DNA of 64,000 nt, taken from an uncultured beta proteobacterium (GTDB lineage Bacteria; Pseudomonadota; Gammaproteobacteria; Burkholderiales; Casimicrobiaceae). The position numbers were made by a program, and so were the translations under genes. Positions 1-8,044 of the stretch are shown here, piece by piece. Every line of letters begins with the position of its first letter. Positions within the stretch are counted from its first letter, which is position 1. The notes under the pieces were generated by a model. That model saw only the letters and a list, made by a program, of their open reading frames with translations. It did no database searches and was not told where the DNA came from. The stretch spans positions 5,622-69,621 of the forward strand of contig CAVUXI010000023.1 of the NCBI GenBank assembly GCA_963745385.1, in the 5' to 3' direction.

Positions 1-133
1 GCAGCAAGTACCGTCCCCGCGAAAAAAAGGGCTCGCATCGGTGCGGGCCCTTCGTCGTTGGCGCACTTCCTCCATGCGGCCTCACGCGCCGTCGCGCCCG
101 AACACCCAATGCCGCCGGCGATGAACTGCTAGA

Positions 134-2890
134 GTGACCGGCGTGCACGATCAGACCGCCGCTACGTTTCTTTTCACCGATATCGAGGGCAGCACCGTGC
201 TGTGGGAGCGGGAGCCCGAGCGCATGCGGACGGCGCTGGCATGCCACGACACCATCGCGCGCGCGGCAGTCGAGCAGAACCATGGCACCGTCGTCAAAAT
301 GATCGGCGACGGAATCCATGCCGCATTCGACGAACCGCTCGCCGCACTGGACGCGACCCTGGCGATGCAGCTCGAGCTCGCCGATGAAGCCAAGACGAAC
401 GGCGTCGCGCTGAGGGTGCGCTGTGGACTGCACATCGGTGTCACCGAGCGACGCGACAACGACTATTTTGGAAGCCCGGTGAACCGCGCGGCGCGGATCA
501 TGGGTGCCGCGCACGGAGGCCAGATATTGCTGTCGCAAGCAGTTGCGGATCGCGTTCGCGATCGCCTTCCCGCCGGTGTCTCGCTGCGCGACCTCGGCGC
601 CATCAGGCTCAAGGATCTGGGATCGCCCGAGCACGTCTATCAGCTCGTTCACCTGCGACTGCGACAGGGGTTCCCCGCGCTGCGCTCGCTCGAAGCGACG
701 CCCAACAATCTGCCGCAGCAGGTCACGACTTTCATCGGACGCGAGGGCGAGCTCTTCGAGGTCAAGCGGCTCCTCAAGCAATGCCGGCTGCTGACGATCA
801 CCGGCTCCGGAGGGATCGGCAAGACCCGGCTTTCGCTGCAGGCGGCCGCGGACGCGCTCGACGCATATCCGGACGGCGTCTGGCTGGTCGAGCTCGGCTC
901 GATCACCGATCCCGCGCTGGTTCCGACATCGGTTGCACAGGTGCTTTCCGTCCAGGAGCAGACGCGTGCTCCGCTGACGCAAACGCTGTGCAGTCATCTC
1001 AAGTCGCGCTGCCTGCTCCTGGTGCTCGACAATTGCGAGCACTTGATCGAAGGCTGCGCCACGCTCACCGACGCGCTGCTGGCGGCTGCGCCGGACATTC
1101 GCATTCTCGCCAGCAGCCGCGAGCCCTTGCAGGTTGCCGGCGAGCAGAATTTTCCGCTGCGTCCATTGTCGCTGCCCGAAGCGGACGCGCCGGTGGACAA
1201 TCTGGCGCGCGCGGAGGCGGTGCAGCTCTTTGTCGAACGAGTCCGATCCCAGCAGCCGGGATTCGTGCTGACGGACCGGCAGGCCCCGGCGGTCGCGACG
1301 CTGTGCGCGCATCTCGACGGCATTCCGCTGGCGCTGGAGCTCGCGGCCGCTCGTGTCCGCTCGCTGTCGATAGAGGAGATCAATGTCCGTCTGAACGACC
1401 GCTTCAAGCTGCTTACAGGCGGCGTTCGAACCGCGCTGCCCAGACAGCAGACGCTCCGCGCGACGCTCGACTGGAGCTACGAGCTGCTCCCCGCGCAGGA
1501 GCGCACGCTCCTCAACCGCATAGCGATGTTTCCCGGTGGCTTCACCCTCGATGCCGCCGCGGCGGTCGCCTCTGACGAAGCGATCGACGACTTCGCCGTG
1601 ATCGATCTGCTTTCACATCTGGTCGCGCGCTCGCTGGTCGTCGCCGACACGAATGCGGCCGGCACGCGCTACAGGCTGCTCGAGAGCACGCGCGCGTACG
1701 CGATCGAGAAGCTTGCGGAGACAGGACAGACATCGGCGATCGCGCGCCGGCATGCGCGGTACTTCGGCGAATCGTTCGACCGCGCGACCGACGACTGGCT
1801 GCGAATGTCCGACAGGGCATGGCGCGCGACATACACGCCGGAGCTCGACAACGTTCGCGCCGCGCTCGATTGGGCGCAGCGCGACGAGGCCGATTCGCTG
1901 GTCGGCGTCGCGCTCGCAGGCGCTTCCGGGGGGATCTGGGTGGGACTGTCGCTCACCAGCGAAGGCAGGCAGCGCCTGGAGGCGGCAGTCGCCCGCGTCG
2001 GCGAGCGCACGCAGGCGCTGGATCAAGCGCGCCTTTGGTTCTGGTTGGGGCAGCTGTGGGGCCAGACCGCGCCGGCACAGGCGGTAGCAGCAACGGAGCG
2101 CGCGATCGAGCTCTATCGCGAGCTCGGCGATACACTGGGACTCGGCTACTCGCTGGTGCGGCTGGGCGGAAGGCTGGCGGTCATGGGACGGTTCGAGCAT
2201 GCCGCTCGCGTCCTCGCGGAGGCGCGGCCGGTACTGGAACGCACCGACGCGCCGAAGGCACTCGGGAGCTATTTCCGCGAGGCCGGTTTCCTGAAGATGG
2301 TGACCGGCGACGCAGCAGGCGCGCGGACCCACTTCGAAAAAGCGCTTGCCCTCTACCGCGTCGCAGGCGCCGACCATTTCGCGCTCATCACCATCGGCAA
2401 CCTCGCGGATGTCGCGTGGGCGCTCGGCGATCTCGACGCGGCGCTTTCAGGCTTTCGGGAAACCGTGGCGCTCATGCGCAGCACGCCGACGACCACGCGA
2501 AGCACGCTCGGCGCCAACCTCGCCAATCTGGCGGGCGTGCACACCGAGCGAGGAGAGCTCGACGATGCGTTGGAGGCGGCACGCGAGGGTCTGTCGCTGC
2601 TCAAGGAAGGCGGTTACGCTTGGCTGTTCGCGGACCACGTGGCGTTGCGGGCGGCGTTGGCGGGCAACCTCGCAAACGCGGCTCGCATTGCCGGCTTTGT
2701 CGATGCAGCGCATTCCGGCAAGGAAGCGACGCGCCAGCCCAACGAGGCGCGTGCCCGCGAGCGCCTTGGGGCGATGATGCGCGAGAAGCTTTCGTCCGGC
2801 GAGATCGAGCGCCTGCTCGCGGAAGGCGCGAAGCTCGGCGAGGACGAAGCGTGCCGCATCGCGCTGGAGGAGTCGCCGGCTTCTCAGTAA
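134..2890 (+). CDS. Class III adenylate/guanylate cyclase domain fused to NB-ARC/AAA P-loop NTPase and C-terminal TPR-like array (STAND-type signalling ATPase)
   Basis: Uninterrupted 918-aa ORF with GTG start. N-terminus FLFTDIEGST...KMIGDGIHAAF...FGSPVNRAARI is the class III cyclase signature. Walker A GSGGIGKTRL and Walker B-like LLVLDNCEH follow. The C-terminal third is Ala/Leu-rich TPR-like repeats. Confidence 0.85.
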   Translation: MTGVHDQTAATFLFTDIEGSTVLWEREPERMRTALACHDTIARAAVEQNHGTVVKMIGDGIHAAFDEPLAALDATLAMQLELADEAKTNGVALRVRCGLHIGVTERRDNDYFGSPVNRAARIMGAAHGGQILLSQAVADRVRDRLPAGVSLRDLGAIRLKDLGSPEHVYQLVHLRLRQGFPALRSLEATPNNLPQQVTTFIGREGELFEVKRLLKQCRLLTITGSGGIGKTRLSLQAAADALDAYPDGVWLVELGSITDPALVPTSVAQVLSVQEQTRAPLTQTLCSHLKSRCLLLVLDNCEHLIEGCATLTDALLAAAPDIRILASSREPLQVAGEQNFPLRPLSLPEADAPVDNLARAEAVQLFVERVRSQQPGFVLTDRQAPAVATLCAHLDGIPLALELAAARVRSLSIEEINVRLNDRFKLLTGGVRTALPRQQTLRATLDWSYELLPAQERTLLNRIAMFPGGFTLDAAAAVASDEAIDDFAVIDLLSHLVARSLVVADTNAAGTRYRLLESTRAYAIEKLAETGQTSAIARRHARYFGESFDRATDDWLRMSDRAWRATYTPELDNVRAALDWAQRDEADSLVGVALAGASGGIWVGLSLTSEGRQRLEAAVARVGERTQALDQARLWFWLGQLWGQTAPAQAVAATERAIELYRELGDTLGLGYSLVRLGGRLAVMGRFEHAARVLAEARPVLERTDAPKALGSYFREAGFLKMVTGDAAGARTHFEKALALYRVAGADHFALITIGNLADVAWALGDLDAALSGFRETVALMRSTPTTTRSTLGANLANLAGVHTERGELDDALEAAREGLSLLKEGGYAWLFADHVALRAALAGNLANAARIAGFVDAAHSGKEATRQPNEARARERLGAMMREKLSSGEIERLLAEGAKLGEDEACRIALEESPASQ

Positions 2891-2892
2891 AC

Positions 2893-3172
2893 TAGGGAAC
2901 CTCTGCAAAAGCCCCACATGAGTCGCGTTTCTGTCGCAATGGCTTCAGATGCTAGGCGCCGCGGCGCAGCGAATAGTTCGTCCTATTCGCAAGCCGCGCA
3001 ACAACGCAGATGAGGCCATTGCGGCGAAACCCGGAGGGACGGGGCTTGCCGGGCGATCTGCTGTGTCGCGCCGCTCGCCAATGGGAGCTACCATTGGCTT
3101 CGCGCCGCTTCGTGCATCTCATCCCGGCGAGCCTGCGTCGCGACCACGCGGGACTTATGCAGAGGTTCCTTA
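2893..3172. mobile_element. Single-copy ~280-bp element bounded by imperfect 15-nt terminal inverted repeats (MITE-like), with structured interior
   Basis: Left end TAGGGAACCTCTGCA (2893-2907). The right end TGCAGAGGTTCCTTA (3158-3172) is its reverse complement with 1 mismatch. Internal inverted repeats: GTCGCAATGGCTTCAGATG / CAGATGAGGCCATTGCGGC and the palindrome CCAATGGGAGCTACCATTGG. No convincing ORF inside. Confidence 0.45.
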
Positions 3173-3334
3173 GTGGACTGTAACAATCAAATAGCTAGCG
3201 TCTCGCTTGCCCTCGCCGGCCGCAGCGTTGTTGCTCGTCGTCACCATAGTATTGACTATGCTTCCTCCTCGCGCCTAGCTGCAACCGACGATCGCTGCGC
3301 GATACTGGCTGCTGATTCAACTGTTACAGCCCAC
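3173..3334 (+). mobile_element. MITE-A copy 1 (162 bp, non-autonomous, TA-flanked, 13-bp TIR)
   Basis: TIR GTGGACTGTAACA ... TGTTACAGCCCAC (12/13 complementary), flanked by TA at 3171-3172 and 3335-3336. About 98-99% identical to the copies at 15921-16082 and 39838-39999. No ORF. Confidence 0.8.
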
Positions 3335-3367
3335 TAGGTTCTTGACCCAACGGAGCGTTGAACCACC

Positions 3368-4294
3368 ATGAGTCTCGATCACTATCCGCGCGGCGTCCTG
3401 GTTCCCGCGCTTACGCCGTTTCGTTCCGACTTGTCCGTCGACGAGCAGCGCTTTGTCGCGCATTGCAAGTGGCTGCTCGAGCAGGGCGCCGACGGCCTCG
3501 CAGTGTTCGGGACGACCAGCGAGGCGAATTCGCTGTCCATCGAGGAGCGCATGAAGCTGCTCGAGCGCTTGATAGGGGCCGGCGTTTCTGCGCGCGTGTT
3601 GATGCCGGGAACGGGTTGCTGTGCGATGCCCGACACGGTCGCGCTCACGCGCCACGCCGTCGAGCGAAACTGCTTCGGCGTGCTGATGCTTCCTCCTTTT
3701 TATTACAAGGGCGTGACCGACGATGGAATTTACGCCAGCATCGCCGAGGTGATTCAACGCGTCGCGGACAGCCGCCTGCGCGTGTACCTGTACCACATTC
3801 CCCCGATGGCAGGCGTCGGCTTCTCGATCCCCGTGATCGAGCGCCTGCTCAAGGCATTCCCCGGCATCGTCGTCGGACTCAAGGACAGCTCGGGCGATTG
3901 GAAGAATACGCAGGCGCTGCTGCAAGCTTTTCCCGGCTTCGAGGTATTTCCGGGCAGCGAAACGTATCTACTGGACGCGCTGCGGCTGGGCGGTGCGGGT
4001 TGCATCTCCGCGACCGCGAACGTGAACGTCGCGCCGATGCGCAAGCTTATCGAGGCCTGGGAGACCCCGGCCGCGGATGCGATGCAGCAGGCGCTCACCG
4101 CCGTTCGCGCCGCGATCCAGAAGTTTCCGATGGTCGCGGCCAACAAGGCGATCCTGGCCGAGCTGCAAGGCGCGCCCGACTGGGGCATCGTGCGGCCGCC
4201 GCTGCGTCCACTCGGCGTCGACGCGAGGGAGCAGCTCTTCGCCGCACTCGAGCCGCTGCACTTGATCACGCGCCATCCGGTTCCCGCCGCATGA
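3368..4294 (+). CDS. Dihydrodipicolinate synthase / N-acetylneuraminate lyase family class I aldolase
   Basis: 308-aa ORF. GTTSE (GTTGE-like) motif, Schiff-base lysine context VGLKDSSGD, family-typical length. Confidence 0.85.
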   Translation: MSLDHYPRGVLVPALTPFRSDLSVDEQRFVAHCKWLLEQGADGLAVFGTTSEANSLSIEERMKLLERLIGAGVSARVLMPGTGCCAMPDTVALTRHAVERNCFGVLMLPPFYYKGVTDDGIYASIAEVIQRVADSRLRVYLYHIPPMAGVGFSIPVIERLLKAFPGIVVGLKDSSGDWKNTQALLQAFPGFEVFPGSETYLLDALRLGGAGCISATANVNVAPMRKLIEAWETPAADAMQQALTAVRAAIQKFPMVAANKAILAELQGAPDWGIVRPPLRPLGVDAREQLFAALEPLHLITRHPVPAA

Positions 4295-4640
4295 CCGGCG
4301 GCATGCGCCGAGGGCTTGCCAGCTACGGCGACGCGCGCAACAGAAGCCTCTGAGCGCGCTCTCGGAGCGGACGTCTCCGGATATCGTCGCCTATATCTGG
4401 AACATGTGCTCCGGGCCGGTGCGGGCTGCGACTTCGATTTCATGGTGAGACGTGCTCTGAGCGACGTCGCGCCAGTCGAATGCGTCGACAAGTCGAATCG
4501 CGTGATCGTCTGCAAGTTCGGGTTTGCCCGTGCGACTTCGTTCGAGTCGGTCGCGCGAACGCGAGCAGCGAATGATGAATTTCTTGCATGTTGCAATGTC
4601 TCATCAGGAGATGTATCGGTCTTCAAGCCAAGGAGTCCCA

Positions 4641-4817
4641 ATGAAGCGCAAACGGCAAAAACCGGCATCACCGATAGTCGAGCCTGAATTGCAGCAGAGC
4701 GGCCAGATGGGCAGAGCTCGCGACGATCTGCTCAAGCGCGCCATCAAGCAGCATCCGCAGCGGGAGATACCGAAAATCGAAGACGTCGATCCCTCGGAGG
4801 CTCCAGCCAAGGAATGA
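4641..4817 (+). CDS. Small hypothetical protein (58 aa), charged, no recognisable domain
   Basis: ATG preceded by AAGGAG at 5-nt spacing (4630-4635). Lies in an otherwise non-coding ~0.9-kb gap. No homology recognised. Confidence 0.3.
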   Translation: MKRKRQKPASPIVEPELQQSGQMGRARDDLLKRAIKQHPQREIPKIEDVDPSEAPAKE

Positions 4818-5189
4818 ACAAAGGTCAGGCAAGGCATCGGGGCAACCCGGCGTATCCGACGCGGCTGGAGTAGGGCGGGATCGCTAAACCCTGGCCGACC
4901 CGGCTTGACGCCGTCAACGGGATAATTCACGTTTTCCGGGGAGGGGTTTCCCTTGCGACCACGAACCGGCGATGCGCGCGGTCCCGTTGTTGCAGTGCAC
5001 AGGACACGAAAAAAGGCCTGAAACCGACAAATCCGCTGATTCATGGCCTATGTCCCCGTTTGCGGTGTCCCTGAGCCGCTTGCAGCAGCGGTGGCCGCGT
5101 GTGAATATTCACGTATCAATCCCTGCAAACATGGCCGATACTTCGCACCGTATTCCTTGATCGTTAACTACCCGAAGGGGGGAAGCTCG

Positions 5190-5855
5190 ATGACACGCAA
5201 CAAGCAAACAATGCTCGTCGCGGTAGCCGTATTCGCGGTCGCAGGGTTGGCGATTTATACCGCCGACTTCAAGCCGGACGTCCTAAAGAAAGCCATGGGC
5301 ACTCAGGCGCTGGGCACCGCGGGTAGCGCGGGATCAGCGGGCAGCGCAGGCTCTGCAGGCAGCGCGGGCTCCGCAGGTAGCGCAGGCTCGGCCGGCAGCG
5401 CAGGCTCGGCGAGTAGCGCAGGCTCCGCAGGCAGCGCGATGAGTGCAGGCAGCGCGGGTTCGGCAGGCAGCGCCGGTTCAGCGGGTAGCGCAGGCTCGGC
5501 AGGTAGCGCAGGCTCAGCGGGTAGCGCAGGCTCGGCAGGTAGCGCCGGTTCAGCGGGTAGCGCCGGCTCAGCGGGTAGCGCAGGCTCAGCGGGTAGCGCA
5601 GGCTCAGCGGGTAGCGCAGGCTCAGCGGGTAGCGCAGGCTCAGCGGGTAGCGCAGGCTCAGCGGGTAGCGCAGGCTCGGCAGGTAGCGCAGGCTCAGCGG
5701 GTAGCGCAGGCTCAGCGGGTAGCGCAGGCTCGGCCGGTAGCGCAGGCTCGGCAGGTAGCGCAGGCTCGGCCGGTAGCGCCGGTTCAGCGGGTAGCGCAGG
5801 CTCAGCAGGTAGTGCCGCGAGCGCAGGCAGCGCGAGCTCGGCCAGCTCCAACTAA
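5190..5855 (+). CDS. N-terminally membrane-anchored protein with ~175-aa (Ser-Ala-Gly)n low-complexity tract
   Basis: ATG at 5190 preceded by GAAGGGGGGAAG. Hydrophobic N-terminus [23 protein letters not shown], then almost perfect GSA triplets up to the stop. A hairpin terminator lies downstream. Confidence 0.6.
   Translation: MTRNKQTMLVAVAVFAVAGLAIYTADFKPDVLKKAMGTQALGTAGSAGSAGSAGSAGSAGSAGSAGSAGSAGSASSAGSAGSAMSAGSAGSAGSAGSAGSAGSAGSAGSAGSAGSAGSAGSAGSAGSAGSAGSAGSAGSAGSAGSAGSAGSAGSAGSAGSAGSAGSAGSAGSAGSAGSAGSAGSAGSAGSAGSAGSAGSAGSAGSAGSAASAGSASSASSN
5314..5846 (+). repeat. Tandem 9-nt (18-nt super-unit GGTAGCGCAGGCTCAGCG) repeat array encoding (GSA)n
   Basis: About 60 consecutive 9-nt units that differ mostly at synonymous positions. 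Open in all six frames because the unit lacks stop codons. Confidence 0.9.
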
Positions 5856-5925
5856 AGACCATAGCCGCGGCTTTTCGACAAACTCTCGTTCGCCGGAATT
5901 GCCGCGGCAATTTCCGGACCTCGTC

Positions 5926-5955
5926 AAAAGCGGTAGTCGATCGACTACCGCTTTT
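5926..5955. terminator. Rho-independent, potentially bidirectional terminator hairpin
   Basis: AAAAGCGGTAGTCGA/TCGACTACCGCTTTT is a perfect palindromic stem flanked by an A-run and a T-run. A second hairpin, CCGGAATTGCCGCGGCAATTTCCGG, lies at ~5892-5917. Confidence 0.55.
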
Positions 5956-6009
5956 GATTTGTGCATTTTGAGGATCTGACGCCCAACCAAGCTGAGTTAC
6001 TCCCAGTCG

Positions 6010-7188
6010 ATGACCCACTTTCAGCCGGTTAGCTACTCGATTCTCATTGCAAGCGTCATTCCGCTGCTGTTCCTTTACTTGATCAAATGGCTGAATTTCT
6101 TCGAGACCCACCGGGTCAGGCTGATAGTGCTCGCGTTGGTCTGGGGCGCTGTGTCGACCGAGCTATCCTACCTGGTGAGCCATCCGATGGCGTTGGTCTT
6201 GGGAAAGGCGTTCGTAGTGACCCACACCGCGCCCTTCGTCGAAGAAATCTTCAAATCGCTGGTTCTGCTCTATCTCATTCGTCGCGCCGACACGACGTTC
6301 TTCGTTGACGGCGCGATCTATGGATTCGCGTCGGGAGTCGGGTTCGCCATTGCAGAGAACATGCTCTACCTGAGTCGCGTGGAAATGGACACCGGGCTCA
6401 TTGTCAGCACCTTGCGCGCCTTCGCAGCGTCGGTGCTGCACGGAAGCACAACCGCGATTGTCGGCATGGCGGTCGCCGGATTCCCTCTTGGACGTGTGAC
6501 CCATCCCCTCCTGGCGTGGGTCGTCGGCCTGGCTATTGCGATCTCTTTGCATAGTGCATTCAACAATACCGCGTTCCACAACTTCGCCTTTGGGCAGATG
6601 GCCTATGTCGCCCTCGCGGCTATTGCTTTTACGGCCTTGATCATCGCCACTACCGGCATCTTGTGGGGTTTGCGCCGGGAGCGCAGCCGGATGCGCAAGG
6701 CGCTCCGCATGCCCAAGGGCGAGGCGATGCTGGTCCGGCGCATGGACGATCTGGATAATCTGCTTGCACCGGTCGAAGAGCGCTTTGGCGAAATCAAGCG
6801 TGAACAGGTCGCGAACGTTCTTTACCTCGGGGCGCAACTGGCGATGAAGCAGGAGCTGATCCGGAAGACCAAGGACCCCGAATTGCGCAGCGAGCTCGCC
6901 GTGCAGATCACCGAGACGAAGCGCGATATAAAACAGCAGCGACGCGAAGTCGGTATGTACGTGATGTCGTACGTGCGTTCGATCATGCCCAAGACCACGT
7001 GGTCGCTTTGGGCGCGTCTCGGCCAGCTCCTGACAACGCTCGAGACGCCGCGCGTGAACCTCTGGAGAGCTTTGGAGGCCAGGCTTGGCGTGCAGACTTC
7101 CGCAGAAGAACCGCTGCTTGTCCGACTACAGGCCGAACTCGATGTGCGAATGCGCGCCGCAAGACTGTCAATCGACGGCGACGGATGA
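6010..7188 (+). CDS. PrsW-family intramembrane metalloprotease with ~160-aa C-terminal soluble extension
   Basis: 392-aa ORF with multiple TM segments. PrsW-type motifs PFVEEIFKS (EExxK), GFAIAENMLY and LHGSTTAIVG. A charged, helical C-terminal tail follows the last TM. Confidence 0.75.
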   Translation: MTHFQPVSYSILIASVIPLLFLYLIKWLNFFETHRVRLIVLALVWGAVSTELSYLVSHPMALVLGKAFVVTHTAPFVEEIFKSLVLLYLIRRADTTFFVDGAIYGFASGVGFAIAENMLYLSRVEMDTGLIVSTLRAFAASVLHGSTTAIVGMAVAGFPLGRVTHPLLAWVVGLAIAISLHSAFNNTAFHNFAFGQMAYVALAAIAFTALIIATTGILWGLRRERSRMRKALRMPKGEAMLVRRMDDLDNLLAPVEERFGEIKREQVANVLYLGAQLAMKQELIRKTKDPELRSELAVQITETKRDIKQQRREVGMYVMSYVRSIMPKTTWSLWARLGQLLTTLETPRVNLWRALEARLGVQTSAEEPLLVRLQAELDVRMRAARLSIDGDG

Positions 7189-7275
7189 TTGCGCGGAAGC
7201 GATGCCAGGGGTTCGAGCAAGAGATGAGAGAATACGCGGTCGGGGGCCGCATCTCATTCAAGGGGAAATCGGACG

Positions 7276-7491
7276 GTGAAGTGTTTTTTCGACGATAACG
7301 AAGCGCGGGGCGTGTGCCGCTTTTGTGGAAGAGCCATGTGCAAGGAGCACGCCGACAAGCGGCTTCCCTATATCACGACGATCTACGTCGGCGCCAACAA
7401 CACGCCCAAAGCCGTCGTCGTTGCGGATGCGCTCTGGTGCGGCGAGTGCAGGCCCGAAGCACAGCCGGTGCCCATGCCGGAAATCTACTGA
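7276..7491 (+). CDS. Small Cys-rich (zinc-ribbon-like) hypothetical protein
   Basis: 71-aa ORF with GTG start. Two Cys pairs: CRFCGRAMCKEH and CGEC. Confidence 0.4.
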   Translation: MKCFFDDNEARGVCRFCGRAMCKEHADKRLPYITTIYVGANNTPKAVVVADALWCGECRPEAQPVPMPEIY

Positions 7492-7522
7492 TTCGATCCC
7501 CGAGATCGAGAAGGTGCCGACG

Positions 7523-7921
7523 CTAAAGCGGTGAGCTCTGTATCTGAGCGAACGCGTGCCGCGCGCTGTCGAGCTTGCGCTGCGCGGCCTTGACCTTCTT
7601 TGCATCGCCCGTGGCTTCGGCCTTGTGCAACTCGGCCTCGCTCCGGTCTATCCGGCGCTGCGCCTGCTCGAGCGCGACCTTGCGTTTTTGCTTGAGACCA
7701 TCGTCGCTGCAATGGACGATTTCGCCGCGCTCGCGCTCGAGACGGGCAAGCTGGCGGGCGTCACCTTTGGCTTTGGCTCGAGCGATCTCGGCGTCGATGC
7801 GGCACGCTTTGGCCGCACACCCATCCGCCTGCTCGCAGGACGCCGCGGCAAGGACGAGCGGCGCGCACGTGAGGATGGCTGCCGCCACCGCGGTGCGGAT
7901 ACACCAAGCCCGACAATTCAT
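7523..7921 (-). CDS. DUF1090-like (YqjC-like) periplasmic coiled-coil protein
   Basis: ATG at 7921 preceded by GGGGGAG. Signal peptide, then Lys/Ala/Glu/Arg-rich helical repeats with conserved Cys, resembling E. coli YqjC as I recall it. Confidence 0.6.
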   Translation of the reverse strand: MNCRAWCIRTAVAAAILTCAPLVLAAASCEQADGCAAKACRIDAEIARAKAKGDARQLARLERERGEIVHCSDDGLKQKRKVALEQAQRRIDRSEAELHKAEATGDAKKVKAAQRKLDSARHAFAQIQSSPL

Positions 7922-8044
7922 GGATCTCCCCCGGGTTTCAGCCGTCCAGGCTCGAATGCCGTCGGGCTGCCACCGAAATCTCAGGGCGATTATAGTAACT
8001 ATCCACCGTTCAGTGCAGCGCAACAGGAACGGCGGTGCCGGCGC

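Noticed and set aside
2949-3173. 74-aa ORF ending at the MITE-A junction
   Set aside because: It lies entirely inside the 280-bp TIR-bounded element, with no RBS and Arg/Ala/Pro-rich composition. It is probably non-coding.
5314-5846. Possible CRISPR array
   Set aside because: The units are contiguous 9/18-nt tandem repeats with no unique spacers, and they lie inside a coding frame. There are no cas genes.
5269-6111. Long ORFs on the reverse strand and in other forward frames across the tandem repeat (5269..6111 -, 5303..5851 -, 5443..5979 +)
   Set aside because: The 9-nt repeat unit has no stop codon in any frame, so all six frames are open by construction. Only the + frame at 5190 has an RBS, a hydrophobic N-terminus and a downstream terminator.
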